Part shown: one piece after another, positions 58,351-64,000 of the stretch | Layout of the letters: each line of letters begins with the position of its first letter | How positions within the stretch are numbered: the stretch's first letter is position 1 | NCBI GenBank assembly: GCA_965216755.1 | Contig: CBDCGL010000011.1 | Span: forward strand, 1,696,001-1,760,000 | DNA from: Alphaproteobacteria bacterium | Lineage (GTDB): Bacteria > Pseudomonadota > Alphaproteobacteria > UBA7887 | DNA length: 64,000 bases | Direction: 5' to 3' | The notes under the pieces: model-generated | Seen by the model: only the letters and a program-made list of their open reading frames with translations | Told to the model about the DNA's origin: nothing | Databases searched by the model: none | Position numbers and translations under genes: made by a program

Positions 58351-58995
58351 CTAGGCGCGCTTGACCTGCCCGCGCTCAATCAAATAAAGGGCGTCGGTCA
58401 AATCTGCGGAATGGGTTGCATCCGATTCGGACAACAGAACAGACAAACCTTCGCCCTTCAGGTTCGACAGCACATCCGCCAGCCGGCGCGCCAACGCCGG
58501 CGCCACGCCTTCAAATGGTTCATCAAGCAGCAATAGCTTGCGTCCACATATCAGACCACGTGCCAGAGCCACCAATTTTTGCTGGCCACCGCTCAACTGC
58601 ATGGCGCGCCGATCGGCCATTTGCGCGACCTCGGGCATGCGTTCGAAGACCCATGCCAAGCGGGCTGGCGCATCGGTCAACCGGGTCGCCCAAGCCGGAA
58701 TCATGATGTTTTCTTCAACCGTCAATTCGGGAACCAGACGGCGATCTTCGGGCATGTAACCGATGCCGAGCGTGGCCCGCGCGTGCGACGGCTGGCCGAG
58801 CAAACTTACCGTCTCATAGTGGACATTCCCGGATCGCGCACGGACCAGGCCCATAATCGCTCGCATGCAGGTGGTTTTGCCGGCACCGTTGCGCCCCATC
58901 AGCCCGGTCATCGATCCGTTCGCGACGTCAAAGGCAACTTCCCGCAAGATCGTTGCAGCCGCGATCGATACCGTCAAATTCTCGACCTTAAGCAT
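58351..58995 (-). CDS. Branched-chain-type ABC ATP-binding protein (LivF-like)
   Basis: GRNGAGKTT, GYMPEDR, LSGGQQK, LDEPFEG. Confidence 0.9.
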   Translation of the reverse strand: MLKVENLTVSIAAATILREVAFDVANGSMTGLMGRNGAGKTTCMRAIMGLVRARSGNVHYETVSLLGQPSHARATLGIGYMPEDRRLVPELTVEENIMIPAWATRLTDAPARLAWVFERMPEVAQMADRRAMQLSGGQQKLVALARGLICGRKLLLLDEPFEGVAPALARRLADVLSNLKGEGLSVLLSESDATHSADLTDALYLIERGQVKRA

Positions 58996-59773
58996 CGGTG
59001 CGGCCGTCCCGCGATTGTCCGGCATGCAGTTCCGGGCCAATGACATAGGTGCGTACATCGTCGTTGGACAAAACGTCGCCCGGCGGCCCGTCAGAAATGA
59101 TGGTGCCATCATAGAACGCGATCACACGCTTTGCGTAGCGACCAACGATTTCCATATCATGCTCGACAAACAGCACGGTCACGTTGGCCAACGCAAGCGC
59201 CGCCATGATGCGGTCCATCACCGCCAATTTCTCATCGACACTGATGCCACTGGTTGGTTCGTCCATCAAAATCATACTTGGGTTACCAACCATTGCCATA
59301 GCAATATCCAGCAGCTTTCGCTGACCTTGCGGCAATTCTTTTGCGGGTTGATTGCGCACATCACTGAGACCAAATCGATCGATCACGCCCGACGCGTCGT
59401 CCAGAGCCGCAGCAGTCCGCAATGGGCGCCAAAATCCCGGACGGGACCGGCGCGCGATCCCTTGCGCCACCAGCATATTGTCAAAGACGCTCAATTCGCC
59501 AAAGATCTGCGGGATCTGAAAAGACCGATGCATCCCCAAGCGCGTGATCGTCCGCGGCGTTCGCCCCGTGATTTCTTGGCCCCGATACCTGATGCTGCCA
59601 GAGTCCGGTACCAGATAACCGGTCACCATGTTGATAAACGTCGTCTTGCCGGCGCCATTGGCGCCGATCACACCGACAACCTCGTCCGGAGCAATGACGA
59701 TATTGACGTCAGCGGCCGCGACAACAGCGCCGAACGCTTTGTTCACGCTAGACGCCTCAAGCACCGCATTCAT
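58988..59773 (-). CDS. Branched-chain-type ABC ATP-binding protein (LivG-like)
   Basis: GANGAGKTT, RSFQ, MDEPTSG, VEHDM. Confidence 0.9.
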   Translation of the reverse strand: MNAVLEASSVNKAFGAVVAAADVNIVIAPDEVVGVIGANGAGKTTFINMVTGYLVPDSGSIRYRGQEITGRTPRTITRLGMHRSFQIPQIFGELSVFDNMLVAQGIARRSRPGFWRPLRTAAALDDASGVIDRFGLSDVRNQPAKELPQGQRKLLDIAMAMVGNPSMILMDEPTSGISVDEKLAVMDRIMAALALANVTVLFVEHDMEIVGRYAKRVIAFYDGTIISDGPPGDVLSNDDVRTYVIGPELHAGQSRDGRTDA

Positions 59774-60741
59774 GACGCCCGCGCCGCCCCTAATCGGCTG
59801 AAGATTGACCACAACCCACCCGGCAAAAACACAATCACCAGCAATAGCGTGCTGCCCAACAGCATCTGCCAGAAGCCCGGCGCATATTGCAGCGCATAAG
59901 TGCGCACAAGCTCGAAAATGATCGCGCCGATGAAGGGAGCCGCCACATTGCCGGTGCCGCTCAGGATTGCGACGAACACGAACTCTCCCGATTTGGTCCA
60001 ATAGGTGAAATCTTCCGGCGTCACGTGACCGATCAGCAACGCGGTCAGGACTCCGCCAATCCCGGAAACGATGGCGGCGATCACATATTTGGTGTGGATG
60101 GCACCTTCCACCGACGCCCCCAGATATTCCACCCGGACTTCGTTTTCCCGTATACCTTCGCCGATAAAGCCGAGCGTCGCGTTGAGGTATCGGTGCACGG
60201 CGACCGCGCAGCCATAGGCCAGCAAACAGGTCAATGCATAGAGCAGAAATGTCAGCCGCGTTTCCCCACCATCTGGGGCGAAGCCAAAAAATGTTGGCGG
60301 CGCAACGCTAAAGCCATCCGTGCTGCCCAGCTCGGCGCTCTTGACCAAGATCCCAAACAGGATCATTGAGAACGCCATATTCAACATCGCGAAGAAAATA
60401 CCGCGGTAGCGTCGCGTGAGAAAACCCAGCGCGAAGGCGACACCTCCGGATACCGCCGCGCCAAATATCAGCAAAACAAAAAAATCAGATATGCCGAGCT
60501 TAACCCCAGCCATGGCCGCCGCATAACCGCCCAAGCCGAAAAACAAACCTTGGCCAAATGACACCAAACCGGCACGCATCAATACCAGCAGGCCCAAAAC
60601 CACCAGTCCATTAGCAAGCGACAAGCCGATCGTATTGACCGCCCAGCCCGGTAGCAACGGATGAACCGCGAGCATTACCGCCAGCGCCACGGTCAAGCCG
60701 ACCAGCGTCAAATCCCGGTGTCGCGCCATGCCGTTAGACAT
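59770..60741 (-). CDS. Branched-chain-type ABC permease (LivM-like)
   Basis: GLVSFGQ..FFG.GGY, RGIFFAM, GSTDG, IRENE.R. Confidence 0.9.
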   Translation of the reverse strand: MSNGMARHRDLTLVGLTVALAVMLAVHPLLPGWAVNTIGLSLANGLVVLGLLVLMRAGLVSFGQGLFFGLGGYAAAMAGVKLGISDFFVLLIFGAAVSGGVAFALGFLTRRYRGIFFAMLNMAFSMILFGILVKSAELGSTDGFSVAPPTFFGFAPDGGETRLTFLLYALTCLLAYGCAVAVHRYLNATLGFIGEGIRENEVRVEYLGASVEGAIHTKYVIAAIVSGIGGVLTALLIGHVTPEDFTYWTKSGEFVFVAILSGTGNVAAPFIGAIIFELVRTYALQYAPGFWQMLLGSTLLLVIVFLPGGLWSIFSRLGAARAS

Positions 60742-61637
60742 CAGATCTTACGCACAACGGTTTTGCCGAACAGGCCCTGCGGCCGCAGGATCAAAACCAA
60801 TGACATCACGGCATAAACAACGAACAGTTCGACTTCCGGTAACTTGTAGACGGCAAACGCACGGCCCAGGCCGACCACCAGAGCACCGATCGCGGCGCCC
60901 TCGATACTGCCCAATCCACCAATGACGACAACCGCAAAAGCCAGCACGATAATTTCAACGCCAAGACCCGGATTGACCGAAATTAAAGGCGCCGTAAACG
61001 CACCACCGAGGGCTCCCAGCACCGCGCCAACAACGAACGTGAAGGTGAAAATTCGTGCGACATTGATGCCCATGGCTTGCGCCATTTCGCGATCGAATAT
61101 GACCGCACTCAGCAGCTTACCGGGCCGCGTCCGATTGATCCCAAACCAGACCAATCCGCCCAGCACTACCGCAAGTCCAACCAGCGCGAGATCGTAAACA
61201 ACAAACGGTATGCCGCTTAGACTGACGTTGCCCAGCAGAAAATGCGGTTGATACGGCATATAGGACTCGACACCCCAAACCGCTTTCATGACATCTTCCA
61301 AAATTAGGAATATGGCAAACGTGATCAGCACAACGACGATCTCATCGCGGCCATACATCCATTGCAGAATGCCCCGTTCGATCACCAGGCCAAAGACCAC
61401 GCCAACAATGATCGCAGCGACAAACAAGACCAGATAGCTGCCTAATGGCGGCCAGCCGCCGGCAAAATACTCACCGATCAACCATGCCGCCGTGTAGGCG
61501 CCCAGGGCGTACAAGCTGCCATGCGCCACATTCAGGATTTTCATGACGCCATAAATCAGGGTTAGCCCGATGGCCACGATAAATAACCACGCGGCATAGA
61601 CGACGCCTTCGACAAAAATGACCGTTAGTGTTTGCAT
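60741..61637 (-). CDS. Branched-chain-type ABC permease (LivH-like)
   Basis: AIGLTLIYGVM..LNVAHG, VVIGGLGS, RPQGLFG. Confidence 0.9.
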   Translation of the reverse strand: MQTLTVIFVEGVVYAAWLFIVAIGLTLIYGVMKILNVAHGSLYALGAYTAAWLIGEYFAGGWPPLGSYLVLFVAAIIVGVVFGLVIERGILQWMYGRDEIVVVLITFAIFLILEDVMKAVWGVESYMPYQPHFLLGNVSLSGIPFVVYDLALVGLAVVLGGLVWFGINRTRPGKLLSAVIFDREMAQAMGINVARIFTFTFVVGAVLGALGGAFTAPLISVNPGLGVEIIVLAFAVVVIGGLGSIEGAAIGALVVGLGRAFAVYKLPEVELFVVYAVMSLVLILRPQGLFGKTVVRKI

Positions 61638-61708
61638 AGCGTGCTCAGGGATAAGGAAATTTGAGCAGATGGCCGGCGCCAGCTAGTAGCGCGCCGTCCG
61701 CTGATATC

Positions 61709-63031
61709 CTATTCGCACTCAGCGCCCGGAAAACCGGCCTGTATCCACGCGATACCGTTCATGTCGTTAGGCGGGTTGACGCAGGCAGCCGGGTAATACA
61801 CGACATCTGTGACCGTCACGCGCCCCTGTTCAGCATCATACTTACTGATACCAATCGCATTGTCTTGAATCGCCTGGTGACCATCGCCAATCGCCATGCT
61901 CACTTTGCCACTCGGTCCGTCCCATTCGAGATATTCGAAGGCCTCGATGACTTGTTCCTGAGTCGGGAACTGACCCGCCGCGGCGGCGGCTTTTTCATAG
62001 GCGGTTTTGACGCCAAGTAACGCTTGAACGAATTTGTACGCAGCATAGTTGGGTATCGTTTCGTGTCTTTCGATGTAAGTCGTCCGGAACCAATCATTGA
62101 GTTCACTGGCCGGTGCGAAATCGCCGTGCGGCCCGCGCGCACCCAATATCGTGCCATCCGGCAGCTGTTGACCGATGCGCGGCATGATCTGTTCGCCAGC
62201 ACTCAAAATCATGACGCTTTGCTGGAACAGTCCGCGCGCCCCGCCTTGAAGAATCAAGGCTTCCAGATCACCACCCCAGAAGCTGCTGTGGATCACGTCT
62301 GGGCGTTCAACCAACAACGCGGTGATTTCGGCACCGTACTGGCCCGCGAAAATTTTCGGAAACTGCGCGGTCAGTATTTCCGCTTCAGGTTGCAACACGC
62401 CCATCGCCGCCGTGAAATCATTCCACGAGTCTTGACCCCAAGCGTAATTTTGGTTGAGCCCGGCCATGGTCTTGACGTCCGGATGATGGTCTAGCAGGTA
62501 ACGCGCGGCCGCCACATTATCCATCACGGCGTGGGCGCCGGTTCGAAATACATAGCGATAGCTTGCTTCCTCGAACACCCGTGGTGTTCCACAATCGGCA
62601 AGAATCGTCAGCATCTTGAGTTCTTCCGCAACCGGCGGCACGGCGAGGCAGTCGCCACTGGAAATATAGCCAACCACCACATCGACATTTTGGCGTTGCA
62701 CAAGATTGCGGAATTCGGCGACCTGCTTGGTGGCACCGCCAGCCTCGTCGATCACCACCGCCTCGATCTGCACGCCGGCGATGCCCGGTGTGTTTGTGTT
62801 ATAGGGGGCCGGCAGACTGCCGGCATTGATCGCCTCGATCGCAATGTTGGCACCATTCTGGGCCGGAATGCCGAAATGACCGGCCGCGGGCCCAGACAGA
62901 AAAGTGACCAAACCCATGCGCAAAACCGACCCATCTTGGGCTGTGGCATCCGTTACGCCCGCAGCCGCCCCAAGCACAGTCATTACGCTTGCTGTGACGG
63001 TCGCACGCATCCATGTCTTTGCGGCAATCAT
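61709..63031 (-). CDS. ABC substrate-binding protein (Leu/Ile/Val-type fold; ligand unknown)
   Basis: GGAGG RBS before ATG 63031, signal peptide, FLSGPAA, GYISSG, NYAWG, upstream of Liv-type permeases. Confidence 0.88.
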   Translation of the reverse strand: MIAAKTWMRATVTASVMTVLGAAAGVTDATAQDGSVLRMGLVTFLSGPAAGHFGIPAQNGANIAIEAINAGSLPAPYNTNTPGIAGVQIEAVVIDEAGGATKQVAEFRNLVQRQNVDVVVGYISSGDCLAVPPVAEELKMLTILADCGTPRVFEEASYRYVFRTGAHAVMDNVAAARYLLDHHPDVKTMAGLNQNYAWGQDSWNDFTAAMGVLQPEAEILTAQFPKIFAGQYGAEITALLVERPDVIHSSFWGGDLEALILQGGARGLFQQSVMILSAGEQIMPRIGQQLPDGTILGARGPHGDFAPASELNDWFRTTYIERHETIPNYAAYKFVQALLGVKTAYEKAAAAAGQFPTQEQVIEAFEYLEWDGPSGKVSMAIGDGHQAIQDNAIGISKYDAEQGRVTVTDVVYYPAACVNPPNDMNGIAWIQAGFPGAECE

Positions 63032-63071
63032 CGCGCCATCCTCCGAGTTCTTTGATTTTCTTATCAATTCT

Positions 63072-64000
63072 TTACGGTGCGGTATAAGCGGTTTTTACAG
63101 TAGTGTAAAACTCGCGCGCATAGGGCCCCTGCTCGCGCGCGCCATAGCTCGATCCTTTGCGACCGCCAAACGGCACGTGGTAGTCGACGCCGGCGGTGGG
63201 CAAATTGACCATCACCATGCCCGCTTCCGCATTGCGCTTAAAGTGGCTGGCATGCTTGAGCGAGGTCGTCACAATACCCGATGACAAGCCAAAATCCGTC
63301 TCATTGGCGGTGGCCAAGGCGTCGTCATAATTACGAACTTTCACGACGGATGCGACTGGGCCAAAGATCTCTTCGCGATTTATGCGCATGGCGTTATTCG
63401 TGTCCGTGAACAACGCGGGCGCCAGAAAGTAACCATCCGTATTGCGACTCAATCGCTCGCCGCCAACCGCCAATGTAGCGCCTTCTTTCTGTCCAATCGC
63501 CAGATAGTCGAGGTCCTGATTGAGCTGGCTTTGGTCGACAACTGGTCCGATCTGCGTGCCGTCCTTCATGGCATCGTCGACCTTCAGCCCCTTGATCGCG
63601 TCGGTCACCGCAGCGACGAATTTGTCGTGAATTCCCTCGGTGACGATCAACCGGCTTGACGCCGTGCACCTTTGACCGGTCGAGAAGAACGCGCCTTGCA
63701 CTGCACAATTGACCGCGACATCCAATTCGGCGTCGTCCAATACAACAAGCGGGTTCTTACCGCCCATCTCCAATTGCACTTTCGCCAAACGCGCCGCGGC
63801 TTTGGCAGCCACTTGCCGACCTGTTTCGACCGACCCGGTAAAGCTGATCGCGTCAACGTCCGGCGACGACAAAATCGCTTCGCCGATCACCGCGCCGCGG
63901 CCCATGACCAAGTTCAAAACCCCGTCCGGCAAGCCCGCCCGTAGCGCGATATCGGCCAGCGCCCAGGCGCAACCCGGAACCAGGTCCGCAGGCTTGAAGA
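63072..64000 (-). CDS. Aldehyde dehydrogenase (alpha-ketoglutaric semialdehyde dehydrogenase-like), 5' end outside window
   Basis: FTGS, LEMGGKN, GQRCTA, EEIFGP, TAGVDYHVPFGG. Confidence 0.92.
   Translation of the reverse strand, partial: FKPADLVPGCAWALADIALRAGLPDGVLNLVMGRGAVIGEAILSSPDVDAISFTGSVETGRQVAAKAAARLAKVQLEMGGKNPLVVLDDAELDVAVNCAVQGAFFSTGQRCTASSRLIVTEGIHDKFVAAVTDAIKGLKVDDAMKDGTQIGPVVDQSQLNQDLDYLAIGQKEGATLAVGGERLSRNTDGYFLAPALFTDTNNAMRINREEIFGPVASVVKVRNYDDALATANETDFGLSSGIVTTSLKHASHFKRNAEAGMVMVNLPTAGVDYHVPFGGRKGSSYGAREQGPYAREFYTTVKTAYTAP

Noticed and set aside
1-64000. CRISPR array, prophage, rRNA, riboswitch or selenocysteine read-through
   Set aside because: No spaced direct repeats, phage genes, rRNA or in-frame TGA at a conserved Cys position seen by eye; an Infernal/Rfam scan is needed to exclude small RNAs

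Overview
GC-rich alphaproteobacterial chromosomal window (MipZ, Pam18-like J protein, clade-I-type nosY-nosL; exact lineage cannot be read from the sequence). Left to right: end of a nos cluster, an intact IS5-family element, a frameshifted methyltransferase, a MauG-like di-heme enzyme with a secreted partner, and tRNA-Glu (possible island boundary). Next come mipZ-VWA-J-domain genes, flavoenzymes, DUF4139, an acid-sugar locus (tartrate/malate dehydrogenase, PdxA2, DUF1537 kinase, SDR), and a secreted metallo-lactonase followed by a GldAFG/DUF4340 ABC system with His-rich loops. An Fnr-like regulator and ppk2 precede a Lap-type type I secretion locus (LapG, LapB/C/E-like, small acidic substrate candidate) in which a catalytically dead membrane HD-GYP protein sits where LapD is expected; a PepSY/cytochrome b/two-component cassette interrupts it. 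The rest holds dusA-larCEBA, GntR and TetR units with visible operators, a frameshifted DUF4344 peptidase, a perfect 33-bp inverted repeat, sulfotransferase/amidohydrolase/2OG-Fe oxygenases, and a Liv-type ABC importer behind an aldehyde dehydrogenase. No CRISPR array, rRNA or prophage was seen. Best candidates for an undescribed system: the HD-GYP/LapG/T1SS module, the lactonase plus His-rich Gld exporter, and the MauG-like pair. All family calls come from motif recognition by eye; no database search was run.
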